Shown here piece after piece: positions 18,435 through 29,912 of a stretch of 64,000 nt of DNA. This DNA is from an uncultured Gemmatimonadales bacterium. GTDB lineage: Bacteria; Gemmatimonadota; Gemmatimonadetes; Gemmatimonadales; GWC2-71-9. Location of the stretch: contig CAWFGP010000001.1 in assembly GCA_963815515.1 (NCBI GenBank), forward strand, positions 586,378 through 650,377, written 5' to 3'. The position numbers and the translations under genes were made by a program. The notes under the pieces are model-generated. The model was given only the letters and a program-made list of their open reading frames with translations. It ran no database searches and was not told the DNA's origin. Numbering within the stretch: the stretch's first letter is position 1; each line of letters opens with the position of its first letter.

Positions 18435-21007
18435 TGCGCACTCGCGCAGGCTTGGCGCTGGCCCTGGCCGCCGCGCTGGCGGCCGCCCCGGCGGTGGCGC
18501 AGCAGCCGGCGGACACGCCGCCCGCCGCCACCGCTGCCGGCGATGCCGGCGACACCGTGGTGATCACGCCGGGCGCCCGCTACCGGGCGGGCGGCCTGCA
18601 CCGGCTGTTCTTCGGCCGGCACTACCGCGAGCTCTGGGCGACGCCGCTTCGGGTCGAGCGGCTGGACCTCGAGCGCTTTGCGGGCGGGCTTCATCCGACC
18701 CGGCGAGGCGGCGGAAAGCAGACCGCCTCGCTCCGCTTCGCCGGCGCGGACGGGCGTGAGTACCAGTTCCGCTCGGTCGACAAGGACCCGTCGCCCCTCT
18801 TGCCGGAGCAGCTCCGCCGCACGGTCGCGCAGCGCATCTTCCGGGATCAGATCAGCGCGGGGCATCCGGCGGCGCCGCTGGTGGTGAGCCCGATCCTCAC
18901 GGCTGCCGGCGTCCTGCACTCGGAGCCGCGCCTCGTGGTGCTGCCCGATTCACCCGCGCTGGGCGAGTTCCGGGCGGAGTTCAGCGGGCTGCTGGGCACG
19001 ATCGAGGAGCGGCAGACCGACGAGGGCCCCGGCTTCGCGGGCGCCAGCAAGATCGTGAGCACCGAGGACCTGTTCGAACGGCTGGAGCACCATCAGGACG
19101 AGCACGTCGACACCCGCGCGTACCTGGCCGCCCGGCTGGTCGATCTCCTGCTCGGCGACTGGGACCGGCACCAGGACCAATGGCGCTGGGCCCGCCTGGG
19201 TGACGGATCGGCGGCGCCGTGGACCCCCATCCCCCGCGATCGCGACCAGGCCTTCTCGCGCTACGACGGCCTGCTGCTGAGTCTCGCCCGGCTGACCGCG
19301 CCGCAGCTGGTCGAGTTTTCGCCCACCTATCCCAGCATCGTCGGCCTCACGTGGAACGCGCGCGCGGTGGATCGCCGGCTGCTCGCCGGCCTCGGGTGGC
19401 CGGTCTGGGATTCCGTCGCCACGGCGCTTCAGGGAGAGATCACCGACGCGGTGATCGATGACGCCGCGCACCACCTGCCACCGGAGCTTCGCGCCGAGAA
19501 CGAGGCCTGGCTGGCCGGTGCGCTCAAACACCGGCGCGACGCGCTGTCCCAGGAGGCCCGGGACTTCTACCGGCTGCTGGCCGCGGAGGCCGAGGTGTTC
19601 GCGAGCGACAAGGCCGAGCGGGTGGAGGCGGTGCGCTCGGACGGCCGGGTGCTGGACCTCACGCTGCGCGCGGCCGACGACTCGGCCACGGCGCCGCTGT
19701 TCCACCGCCGGTTCGACCGGGCCGACACCAAGGAAGTCCGGCTCTATCTCCATGGCGGCGACGACGTCGTGCAGATCAGCGGCGCCGCCGCCGGCGCCCC
19801 GCTGCTCCGGATCATGGGCGGCGGCGGCGACGACCGGGTCGTCGATTCGTCGACCGCGGGCCGAGCCAGGTTCTACGACGCGCGGGGGACGAACGCGGTC
19901 GAGGGCTCCCGCCGGGTGCCGCTGGACGCCCGGCCGTACGACGAATGGCAGTTGAGCGATTCGACCCCGTACCCCCCGCGCGACTGGGGCGGCTTCTGGC
20001 GCTTTCAGCCGTGGGTAAGCTCGGCGCCGGAGGTCGGCTTCTTCTTCGGTGGTGGCCTCGTGCGGTACAATTTCGGCTTCCGGAAGCATCCGTATCGCTC
20101 GAAGGTGGGGCTCCGGGCCGGGTACGCGGTCGGGGCCGAGACCTTCCGGGTGGAGTTCACGGGCGACTTCCGCCGGGTCAACTCGCGCGTGCGGACGGGC
20201 CTGCTGCTCCGCGCCTCGGGCATCGAGGTCGTGCGGTTCTTCGGATTCGGCAACGAGACGCCGCGGACCGACTCGGACTTCTTCTATCGCGTCCCGCAGG
20301 AGCAGTATCTCATCCAGCCCAGCGTGGTGTTTCCGGTCGGCCGCCGGGGCGCCTTCTCGGTAGGCCCGACGCTGAAATACGCCGACACGGACCTCGATCC
20401 CGATCGGTTCATCACGCTGTTCCCGCCCTTCGGCGTGGGCGGATTCGGCATGGTCGGTGCGAGCGCGGCGCTCGAGTTGGACGGTCGGGACGGGCGGGTG
20501 GCCCAGCGAGGCGTGCACTTCACGGCCGGTGGCAGTGTGTTCCCGGCGGTATGGGACGTGGACGGGACCTTCGGCGAGGTGCACGGAGAGATCGCGGCTT
20601 TCCTGACGCCGCGCACCACGTTCGGCCCCACACTCGCGCTGCGGGCGGGCGGCAAACGGGTGTGGGGTGACTACCCGTTCTTCGAGGCGGCGTTCGTCGG
20701 CGGCGCCGCCACGGTGCGGGGCCTGCGCGAAAATCGCTACGCCGGCGACGCCTCCGCCTATGGCAACGCCGAGCTCCGGCTCCGCCTCGGCCGCTTCTTT
20801 GTGCTGCTGCCGGGGGACTACGGTGTCTTCGGCCTCGCCGACGTCGGCCGGGTGTTTCTCGAGGGCGAGTCGTCCGACGTCTGGCACACAGGCGGCGGCG
20901 GCGGATTCTGGTTCGCGTTCCTGGAGCCGGCCAACACCATCAGCCTGGCCCTGGCGAGGGGCGACGGTCGCACGGCGCTCTATCTGCGCGCGGGCTTCGC
21001 CTACTGA
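18422..21007 (+). CDS. outer-membrane Omp85/BamA-family beta-barrel protein with a large unknown N-terminal domain
   Basis: Signal peptide MRTRAGLALALAAALAAAPAVAQQ. The C-terminus RGLRENRYAGDASAYGNAELRLRL...GGGGGFWFAF...ALYLRAGFAY has the surface-antigen barrel pattern and ends in an aromatic residue. It overlaps the ppk stop by 13 nt. Confidence 0.6.
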   Translation: MDRMMRTRAGLALALAAALAAAPAVAQQPADTPPAATAAGDAGDTVVITPGARYRAGGLHRLFFGRHYRELWATPLRVERLDLERFAGGLHPTRRGGGKQTASLRFAGADGREYQFRSVDKDPSPLLPEQLRRTVAQRIFRDQISAGHPAAPLVVSPILTAAGVLHSEPRLVVLPDSPALGEFRAEFSGLLGTIEERQTDEGPGFAGASKIVSTEDLFERLEHHQDEHVDTRAYLAARLVDLLLGDWDRHQDQWRWARLGDGSAAPWTPIPRDRDQAFSRYDGLLLSLARLTAPQLVEFSPTYPSIVGLTWNARAVDRRLLAGLGWPVWDSVATALQGEITDAVIDDAAHHLPPELRAENEAWLAGALKHRRDALSQEARDFYRLLAAEAEVFASDKAERVEAVRSDGRVLDLTLRAADDSATAPLFHRRFDRADTKEVRLYLHGGDDVVQISGAAAGAPLLRIMGGGGDDRVVDSSTAGRARFYDARGTNAVEGSRRVPLDARPYDEWQLSDSTPYPPRDWGGFWRFQPWVSSAPEVGFFFGGGLVRYNFGFRKHPYRSKVGLRAGYAVGAETFRVEFTGDFRRVNSRVRTGLLLRASGIEVVRFFGFGNETPRTDSDFFYRVPQEQYLIQPSVVFPVGRRGAFSVGPTLKYADTDLDPDRFITLFPPFGVGGFGMVGASAALELDGRDGRVAQRGVHFTAGGSVFPAVWDVDGTFGEVHGEIAAFLTPRTTFGPTLALRAGGKRVWGDYPFFEAAFVGGAATVRGLRENRYAGDASAYGNAELRLRLGRFFVLLPGDYGVFGLADVGRVFLEGESSDVWHTGGGGGFWFAFLEPANTISLALARGDGRTALYLRAGFAY

Positions 21008-21426
21008 TCCTCGCGCAGTACGTCGGTCACGGCGCTGAGGAGTCCCGTGGCGTTGAACGGCTTCGGCAGCACGCGGACCAGGCCGCCCCCGGCTGTTGCC
21101 GGGTCCCCCGCGCCGGCGAATCCGGACATGAGCACGATGCGTATGTGCGGATGGATGCGCGCGATCACCGCGACGAGCTCGTACCCGCTCATCCCGGGCA
21201 TGCGGTCATCGGTGATGACGACGCGGAATCGTCCGGGCTGGCTGCCGAGGATCGACAGGGCAGTCTCCGCATCGGGCGCCTCGGCGGTCTCATAACCCCG
21301 CCGCTGGAGCGTCCGCACGACGACGCCCCGCACGGCGGGCTCATCGTCCACGACGAGAACCACCGCCGGCGCGCCGGGGGCGGCCGGGTTCGCATCGTGG
21401 TCGGCGGTGAGGTCAGGATGCAGCAC
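21001..21426 (-). CDS. single-domain response regulator
   Basis: VVLVVDDEPAVR...VVITDDRMPGMSGYEL...VLMSGF...LPKPF. Confidence 0.85.
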   Translation of the reverse strand: MLHPDLTADHDANPAAPGAPAVVLVVDDEPAVRGVVVRTLQRRGYETAEAPDAETALSILGSQPGRFRVVITDDRMPGMSGYELVAVIARIHPHIRIVLMSGFAGAGDPATAGGGLVRVLPKPFNATGLLSAVTDVLREDQ

Positions 21427-21662
21427 GGCTCTCCCGTGGAGGAGCCCTGTGCCATGCGATTCCCACCAATATGTCGCATCCTGGCCGGTCGGCTAGACGC
21501 GCCCGCTCGGAACCGGGGATTGTTGCGCGAACTGGCGGCTTGCCGCACCTTTAGAGACCCCCCTGTACCAGGTGTTCCCGTGTCTGCCAGCGAGCTCACC
21601 CCCTCCACGGCAGGATCAGCGCGTCGCGTATCCGTCTGCGCGGTCGGGCGCGGCCGGAACGC

Positions 21663-24107
21663 GTGCGCCCCCTGACACCGCCCCCCAGCGGTTCCCGCGC
21701 CGCCTCCGTGCTGCGCTACGGGGTAGCCCTGGCCACCGGCTTGGGGGCGATGCTGGTGCACGTGCCGCTGCACCGGCATTTCGGACCATCGTTCGATCCA
21801 CTGCTGCTCGTCATCGTCGGGACCAGCGCCTGGTACGGCGGATTGGGGCCCGGTCTCGTCACCCTGGCCGTGGTGGCGCTGGGCGCCATGCTCTACGCAC
21901 CCCCGCCTGCCGCCCCGGTCCACCTGGCGAGCCGCGGGGACGCCATGTGGCTGGTGGTGTACGGCGTCTCCGGCCTGGTCCTCACCGCGCTCATCGCGTG
22001 GCTGCGGGGCGCCCGGCGGCACGCGGAGGCGGCGCGGGAACAGGTGTCCTTCCTGTCGGAGGTAAGTGAGGTCCTGGCCTCCTCGCTCGACTTCCGGGGG
22101 ACGCTGTCGACCGCCGCCCGCCTGGCGGTGCCGCGGCTGGCCGACTGGTGCGCGGTGGACATCGTGGACGCCGATGGCCGCCTCCGCCGTCTGGCCATCG
22201 CCCACACCGATCCGGCCAAGGTCGACGCCGTCTGGGCGATGAGCCACAAGTATCGCGAGCACGACGAGGATCCGGTGCCGCAGGTCATCCGCACCGCCCG
22301 CACGCGGCTCATCCCTCACATTCCTGACGAGCTGCTGCGCCGCTTCGCGCGGGACGCGGAGCACCTGGAGGGCCTGCGGGCCTTCGGCCTCCGGTCGCTT
22401 CTCATCGTGCCGCTCAGCGCTCGGGGGCGGACCCTGGGCGCCATCACCTTCGTCATGGCCGAGTCGGGCCGCCGCTACGGTCCCGCCGAGCAGCTGCTGG
22501 GCGAGGACCTGGCCCGGCGCGCCGCGATCGCGGTGGACAACGCCCGGCTCTACCGTGAGGCCGAGGAGGCGCTGCAGGAGAAGGAGCGTACCGTCGCACT
22601 GCTGGACACGGTCTTCCGGGGCACGCCGATCGGCCTCGCCTTCGTGGACCGCGAGCTGCGTTTCGTGCGGATCAACGACGCGCTCGCCGAGATCAACCAC
22701 ACCTCCGTCGAGGCGCATCTGGGACGCACGCTGTCCGACGTGCTGGGCGAGACCGCGTCGCTGGTCGTGCCGCTGTTCGAGGAAGTCTTCCGCACCGGCG
22801 CGCCGGTCCTCGACCGCGAGATCGTCGCCGCCCCGCGCGCCCAGGAGGATGGCCCGCGCACCTACGTCGCCAGCTATTACCCGGTGCCGGCCACCGACGG
22901 ACGCATCGAGTGGGTCGGCTGCATGGTGAGCGACGTGACCGAGCACCGCCGTGCCGCCGAGCTGCTGGTGCAGGCGGAGCGCATGGAGGCGATTGCGCGC
23001 GTCGCGGGAGGCGTCGCCCACGAAGTCAACAACATGATGACCGTCATCACCGGGTTCAGCGGCTTCCTCGAAGGCTCGCTGCCGGAAGGCGATCCGCGGG
23101 CGGACGACGTGGCGGAGATCCACCGGGCGGCCGATCGCGCGGCCAGCATCACGCGGCAGCTCCTGGCCTACAGCCGCCAGCAGATGCTGCAGCCCACCCG
23201 GCTCGACCTGAACGCGCTGGTGCAGCAGAGTGTCCCCGTGTTCGCGCGGCTGCTGGGCCACGGCGTCCGCCTCGCCTTGGACCTGGCGCCGGATGTGCCG
23301 TTGGTGCGCGCCGATCAGGCGCAGCTCGAGCAGGTGCTGGTGAACCTGGCGCTCAACGCCCGCGACGCGATGGCCGGGCAGGGCACGTTGACCGTGACGA
23401 CCGACGCCTTCTCCCTGGCAGAGGGCCCGCGGGCGCACTGGCCGGGCGTGCGCATGCCCGCGGGCCGCTACGCGCGCCTCACGGTGAGCGACACGGGGCA
23501 CGGCATGGACGCAGCAACCCGCGCCCGCATCTTCGAGCCGTTCTTCACGACCAAGGCGTCGGGGCAGGGCAGCGGCCTCGGGCTGGCGACGGTCTACGGC
23601 ATCGTGAAGCAGAGCGGCGGTTACATCTGGGTCTACAGCGAGGTGGGCCACGGCACGGCGTTCAAGATCTACCTCCCCGAGTTCACGGGCTCCCTGGTGG
23701 AGCTCCCGCCGGCGGAGGTGCTGCTGTCCCCCCGTGGAGCCGAGACCATCCTCATCGTCGAGGACGAGGCGGCGGTCCGCCGCATGGCCGCGCGCGTGCT
23801 GTCCGCGCAGGGATACGCCATCCTCGAGGCGGAGAACGGCGCCGAGGCCCTGGAGGTGCTCGCCCGCGGCGATGGTCCGATCGACCTGGTGCTCACCGAC
23901 GTGGTGATGCCGCTGGTCAACGGCCGCGAGCTGGGCGAGCGTCTCGCGGCCGAGCGCCCCGGGCTCCGCATCCTCTTCATGTCCGGATACACGGACGACG
24001 ACATCGTCCGCCGCGGCCTGCTGCGTCCGGGCTCGCCTTTCCTGCAGAAGCCCTTCGTGCCGGGCGACCTTTCGCGCAAGGTGCGCGAAGTGCTGGATAC
24101 CCCATGA
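21663..24107 (+). CDS. hybrid sensor histidine kinase (DUF4118-like TM, GAF, PAS, HisKA, HATPase, receiver)
   Basis: N-terminal TM bundle RYGVALATGLGAMLVHV...LLLVIVGTSAWYGGLGPG. GAF-like LADWCAVDIVDADGRLRRLAIAH. PAS IGLAFVDRELRFVRINDALAEIN. Kinase core GGVAHEVNNMMTVI, NLALNARDAM, DTGHGM and [13 protein letters not shown]. Receiver ILIVEDEAAVR...TDVVMPLVNG...QKPF. Confidence 0.9.
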   Translation: MRPLTPPPSGSRAASVLRYGVALATGLGAMLVHVPLHRHFGPSFDPLLLVIVGTSAWYGGLGPGLVTLAVVALGAMLYAPPPAAPVHLASRGDAMWLVVYGVSGLVLTALIAWLRGARRHAEAAREQVSFLSEVSEVLASSLDFRGTLSTAARLAVPRLADWCAVDIVDADGRLRRLAIAHTDPAKVDAVWAMSHKYREHDEDPVPQVIRTARTRLIPHIPDELLRRFARDAEHLEGLRAFGLRSLLIVPLSARGRTLGAITFVMAESGRRYGPAEQLLGEDLARRAAIAVDNARLYREAEEALQEKERTVALLDTVFRGTPIGLAFVDRELRFVRINDALAEINHTSVEAHLGRTLSDVLGETASLVVPLFEEVFRTGAPVLDREIVAAPRAQEDGPRTYVASYYPVPATDGRIEWVGCMVSDVTEHRRAAELLVQAERMEAIARVAGGVAHEVNNMMTVITGFSGFLEGSLPEGDPRADDVAEIHRAADRAASITRQLLAYSRQQMLQPTRLDLNALVQQSVPVFARLLGHGVRLALDLAPDVPLVRADQAQLEQVLVNLALNARDAMAGQGTLTVTTDAFSLAEGPRAHWPGVRMPAGRYARLTVSDTGHGMDAATRARIFEPFFTTKASGQGSGLGLATVYGIVKQSGGYIWVYSEVGHGTAFKIYLPEFTGSLVELPPAEVLLSPRGAETILIVEDEAAVRRMAARVLSAQGYAILEAENGAEALEVLARGDGPIDLVLTDVVMPLVNGRELGERLAAERPGLRILFMSGYTDDDIVRRGLLRPGSPFLQKPFVPGDLSRKVREVLDTP

Positions 24108-24126
24108 CGCCGCGCGGCGCCGCCGG

Positions 24127-25449
24127 ATGACGCTGCTCGACGACTTCCGGCAGCACCTGTCCACCCTGCACCTGCCGGCCGGCCGGGCGCTCGTCGCCGT
24201 GTCGGGCGGCCCGGACTCGGTGGCGTTGCTCGATCTCCTGCACCAAACGCGTGACCTTCACCAGCTGGATCTCGTGGTGGCGCACTTCGATCACGGCATC
24301 CATCCCGCCAGCGCCCATGTCGCCGCGGGGGTGCAGGCCCTCGCCGCCTCGTATCGGCTCGCCTATGAAGAGGGCCGGGGCCAGCTGGGCGCGGCCGCGG
24401 GCGAGACCCTGGCGCGCGTCTCCCGCTACGCCTGGCTGGAGACGACACGGGCCCGCCTCGGCGCGACACTCGTGCTTACCGCGCACCACGCGGACGATCA
24501 GGTCGAAACCGTCCTGATGAGGATGCTGCGCGGCTCGGGACCCGCCGGCCTCGCCGGAATGGCCGTGCGGCGGGGCACGCTGGTCCGCCCGTTGCTGCCG
24601 TTCCGGCGCGAGGCACTCTTCCAGCATGTCCGCGCACAGGCGCTCTCCGTGTGGAGCGATCCGGCAAACCAGGACCCGCGGCACCTCCGCGCCTGGCTCC
24701 GCGGCGATGTCCTGCCGCTGCTCCGGACGGGCCTCCCCGCGGTGGACGCGGCGCTGTTGGCCGTGGGGCGGCACGCCGCCCGCGATCGCGCCGCCTGGAA
24801 CGCGGTGCTCGACCTGCTGCCGGGCCTCGATTTCCGGCGGGAGCGCGATGGGTTTTCCGTTGCTGCCCGTGCACTCAGCGGGTATGATTCAGCCTTGGGA
24901 GAAACCGTAGTAATGACCGCCGCGCGGCGGGTCGGATGCCGGATCGGGCCGGCGCGGGCGGCGCAGGTCCTCCGCGTGGCGGCGCGCGGCGCGAGCGGCG
25001 CCAGCGTCCCGCTGGGCGGTGGGTGGGCGGCCGAGATCACCTTCGGGCGGCTGGTCGTCGATCGGACCGACCCGGACGTCGAGACGCCGGCGTGGGCGCT
25101 CCATCCGGGCGAGGGTGAGGGTCGGTGGGGGCGGTGGCAGCTCCGTTGGCGCGCGGAGCCCGCTCCGGCTCGACAGGAGCGAGGCGGGTTCACGGCCTGG
25201 GTCGCGGCCGCCCCGCTCGTCGTTCGCGGGTGGACGCCGGGCGAGCGGATCCGCCCACTCGGCGGGGCCGGCCGGCGGCTGCTGGTTCGGTGCTTTCAGG
25301 ACGCGCGGGTGCCGCGGAGCCGTCGCGCGGCGTGGCCGGTGCTCGCCGGCCCCGACGGTGCGGTGTGGGTCCCGGGCGTCTGTCGCTCCGACGCCCTCCT
25401 TCCGGAAGCGGGAACGGAGGCTGTGCGCGTCGATGCTGAGTACGCCTGA
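24127..25449 (+). CDS. tilS: tRNA(Ile)-lysidine synthase
   Basis: PP-loop ALVAVSGGPDSVALLDLL and HHADDQVETVLMRMLRGSG, in the conserved tilS-hpt-ftsH order. Confidence 0.9.
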   Translation: MTLLDDFRQHLSTLHLPAGRALVAVSGGPDSVALLDLLHQTRDLHQLDLVVAHFDHGIHPASAHVAAGVQALAASYRLAYEEGRGQLGAAAGETLARVSRYAWLETTRARLGATLVLTAHHADDQVETVLMRMLRGSGPAGLAGMAVRRGTLVRPLLPFRREALFQHVRAQALSVWSDPANQDPRHLRAWLRGDVLPLLRTGLPAVDAALLAVGRHAARDRAAWNAVLDLLPGLDFRRERDGFSVAARALSGYDSALGETVVMTAARRVGCRIGPARAAQVLRVAARGASGASVPLGGGWAAEITFGRLVVDRTDPDVETPAWALHPGEGEGRWGRWQLRWRAEPAPARQERGGFTAWVAAAPLVVRGWTPGERIRPLGGAGRRLLVRCFQDARVPRSRRAAWPVLAGPDGAVWVPGVCRSDALLPEAGTEAVRVDAEYA

Positions 25450-25987
25450 GGTCCTGCGCCGCACCGGCGGGAAGCCGGTCAAGTCGATCATCTACGATGA
25501 ATCGACGATCGCCGCGCGGGTCGCGGAGCTCGGCGCCGAGATCACCGAGGCGTACCCGGACGGCGAGCTGCTCGTCCTCGGCCTGCTCAAGGGCAGCTTC
25601 ATCTTCCTGAGCGACCTGGTGCGGACCATCGAGCGGCCGATCCAGATCGATTTCCTGGTCGCCAGCTCCTACGGCGAAGGCAAGGTCTCGAGCGGGACCG
25701 TCCGGCTCCTGTACGATCCCGAGACCCAGCTGGAAGGGAAACATATCCTGCTCGTTGAGGATATTATTGATACGGGGAAGACCCTGCACCGCCTGATGGC
25801 GCTGCTTGGCACCCGTCGGCCGAGGAGCCTCGCGATCTGCGCGCTTCTCGACAAGCAGCTGGCCGTCGAGGTTCGTCCGGAGCTCCGCTTCGTCGGCTTC
25901 CGGGCGCCGCCGGCTTTCCTGGTCGGGTACGGACTCGACCATGCCGAGAATTATCGTCATCTCCCGTTCATTGCGGACCTGGAATAA
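25433..25987 (+). CDS. hpt: hypoxanthine phosphoribosyltransferase
   Basis: ATG 25433. LVLGLLKGSFIFLSDLVR, IDFLVASSYG and the PRPP site ILLVEDIIDTGKTL. Overlaps the tilS end by 17 nt. Confidence 0.9.
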   Translation: MLSTPEVLRRTGGKPVKSIIYDESTIAARVAELGAEITEAYPDGELLVLGLLKGSFIFLSDLVRTIERPIQIDFLVASSYGEGKVSSGTVRLLYDPETQLEGKHILLVEDIIDTGKTLHRLMALLGTRRPRSLAICALLDKQLAVEVRPELRFVGFRAPPAFLVGYGLDHAENYRHLPFIADLE

Positions 25988-27972
<1,985 letters not shown>

Positions 27973-27976
<4 letters not shown>

Positions 27977-29142
27977 CCGTCACGCCCCTGGCGCTCCACT
28001 CGCCGCGCGCGGTCGGGGACACCCTCCGCGCGCACGGGTGGGACGACGGGCAGGCGGCCGCCGCCGCGGGCGGCATTCATCCTCTCGCCTTTCATCTGAC
28101 CGGACTGGACCAGGACGCTCTCCTGGCCCTGGTGCGGCTGTCCGGCACCCTCGGCCTCGAGGTGCTCACCGGGGACGGCTGGGCCGTGCTGTCGGGCAGC
28201 CGCTCGCGGCTGAGCGCCTTCGCCCGCCCGTGGCTGGTGCCGCCCGAGCTCTCGCAGCTGGCGCTCGACGTCGGCCTGGCCATGCCGGCGGAGCCGCCAC
28301 CGGTTTGGGAGACGGCCCGCGGGCCGGTCGCGCTCGACCGCCCGGTGCTGATGGGCATTCTCAACGTCACCCCGGACAGCTTCAGCGACGGCGGCCGCTT
28401 CACCGCGCTCGACTCGGCCCTGGCGCAAGCCGACGCGCTGCTCGAGGCCGGGGCGATGCTCGTGGACGTCGGGGGCGAATCGACGCGCCCAGGGCGCGAC
28501 GAGCCGGTACCGCTGGAGGTCGAGCTCGCCCGCGTGCTGCCGGTGGTCGAGGCTCTGGTGCGCCGCCATCCGGACCTGCAACTGACGGTCGACACGGTCA
28601 AGGCCGAGGTCGCCCGCGCAGTGCTCGGCGCGGGTGCGGCGGCGATCAACGACGTCTCGGGGCTCCGGCTCGACCCGGTACTCGGCGTCGTGGTGGCGCA
28701 GGCTCGCGCCGGCCTCGTGCTCATGCATTCGCGCGGATCGATCCTCGAGATCGCGTCGTACACCCACGCGATCTACGGCGACGTCGTCGGTGAAGTGCTG
28801 GCGGAGCTGCGGGCAGCACTCGCCGCCGCCGCCGCGGCCGGCGTCGCGCCGGCCGCGACGGCGGTCGACCCCGGCCTCGGCTTCTCGAAGACGCCGGAGC
28901 AAAATATCTTGCTGTTCGACCGGCTCGACGCGCTCCAGGCCCTGGGACGTCCGGTGCTGGTCGGTCCGTCCCGCAAACGATTCCTCGGCAGCGTCACCGG
29001 CCAGCCGGTCGAGGCGCGCGACCGCGCCACCGCCACCGCCTGTGCCCTCGCGTGGGAGCGGGGCGCCCGACTCTTCCGGGTCCACGATGTGGCGGCCGCC
29101 CGCGACGCGCTCGCGCTCGCGCAGGCCATCGGAGGTCCGTAG
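27973..29142 (+). CDS. folP: dihydropteroate synthase with a ~120-aa N-terminal extension
   Basis: GTG 27973 overlaps the ftsH stop. Core [33 protein letters not shown] and DPGLGFSKT. Confidence 0.9.
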
Positions 29143-29912
29143 TGCCCCTCGGGCCGCTGCCGTTCCCCACGCCAGGCTGGCGGGACCTGCTCGAGATCCT
29201 GATCGTCGCGTACGTCATCTACGCTCTCCTGCGCTTCCTCGTCGGCACGCGCGCGCTCCAGATCGTCTTCGGGCTGCTGGTGCTGACGGTCATCTACCTC
29301 ATCGCGTTCCTGCTCAAGCTGTCGATGATCACGTACCTGCTCGGCGTGGCCCTCACCTACGGCGTGTTCGCCGCGCTGGTGGTGTTCCAGCCGGAGCTCC
29401 GGCAGGCCCTCGCGCGGCTGGGGCAGTCGCCGGTCTTCCGGTTGTTCGGGGCCGTCCCCGGCACCGGGGCGGCGGAGGAGATCGCGACGGCGGTCGAGCG
29501 GCTGAGCCGGAGCGCCACCGGCGCCATCATCGCCGTCGAGCGCGAGGTGCGGCTGGACGACTACCTCGAGTCCGGCACGCCGATGCGGGCCACGCTCTCC
29601 GCCGATCTGCTCGCCACCATCTTCAGCCCGTATTCGCCGCTGCACGACGGGGCCGTGCTCGTGCGCGGCGACGAGATCGTCGGGGCAGGGTGCATCCTCC
29701 CGCTCACCCAGAATCCCGTCAGCGACCGATCGCTCGGCACCCGGCACCGCGCGGCGATCGGCCTCTCGGAGGAAACCGACGCGCTGGTGCTGGTGGTGTC
29801 CGAGGAGTCGGCCCTCGTGTCGCTCGCGCGCGCGGGCGCGCTCCACCGGCCGCTCACGCCCGAGCAGGTACTGGCAATGCTGACGGGACGGCCGGCCGAA
29901 GCCGTGCGATGA
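29142..29912 (+). CDS. cdaA: diadenylate cyclase (c-di-AMP synthase) CdaA
   Basis: GTG 29142 abuts the folP TAG. Three N-terminal TM helices, then the DAC domain GAIIAVERE, SPLHDGAVLV, GTRHRAAIGLSEETDALVLVVSEE. Confidence 0.88.
   Translation: MPLGPLPFPTPGWRDLLEILIVAYVIYALLRFLVGTRALQIVFGLLVLTVIYLIAFLLKLSMITYLLGVALTYGVFAALVVFQPELRQALARLGQSPVFRLFGAVPGTGAAEEIATAVERLSRSATGAIIAVEREVRLDDYLESGTPMRATLSADLLATIFSPYSPLHDGAVLVRGDEIVGAGCILPLTQNPVSDRSLGTRHRAAIGLSEETDALVLVVSEESALVSLARAGALHRPLTPEQVLAMLTGRPAEAVR

Noticed and set aside
21189-24164. 991-aa minus-strand ORF opposite the GAF/PAS hybrid kinase
   Set aside because: The same high-GC antisense artefact. The plus-strand frame carries complete HisKA/HATPase/receiver motifs, and the minus frame has none.
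28634-29908. Long N-terminal extensions of several track ORFs (e.g. 28634-32293, 14970-18434, 47691-50480, 12370-15336, 2484-4568)
   Set aside because: The extensions overlap well-supported upstream genes in another frame and are R/P/G-rich. In each case a start codon overlapping the upstream stop (ATGA/GTGA) gives a sensible N-terminus.
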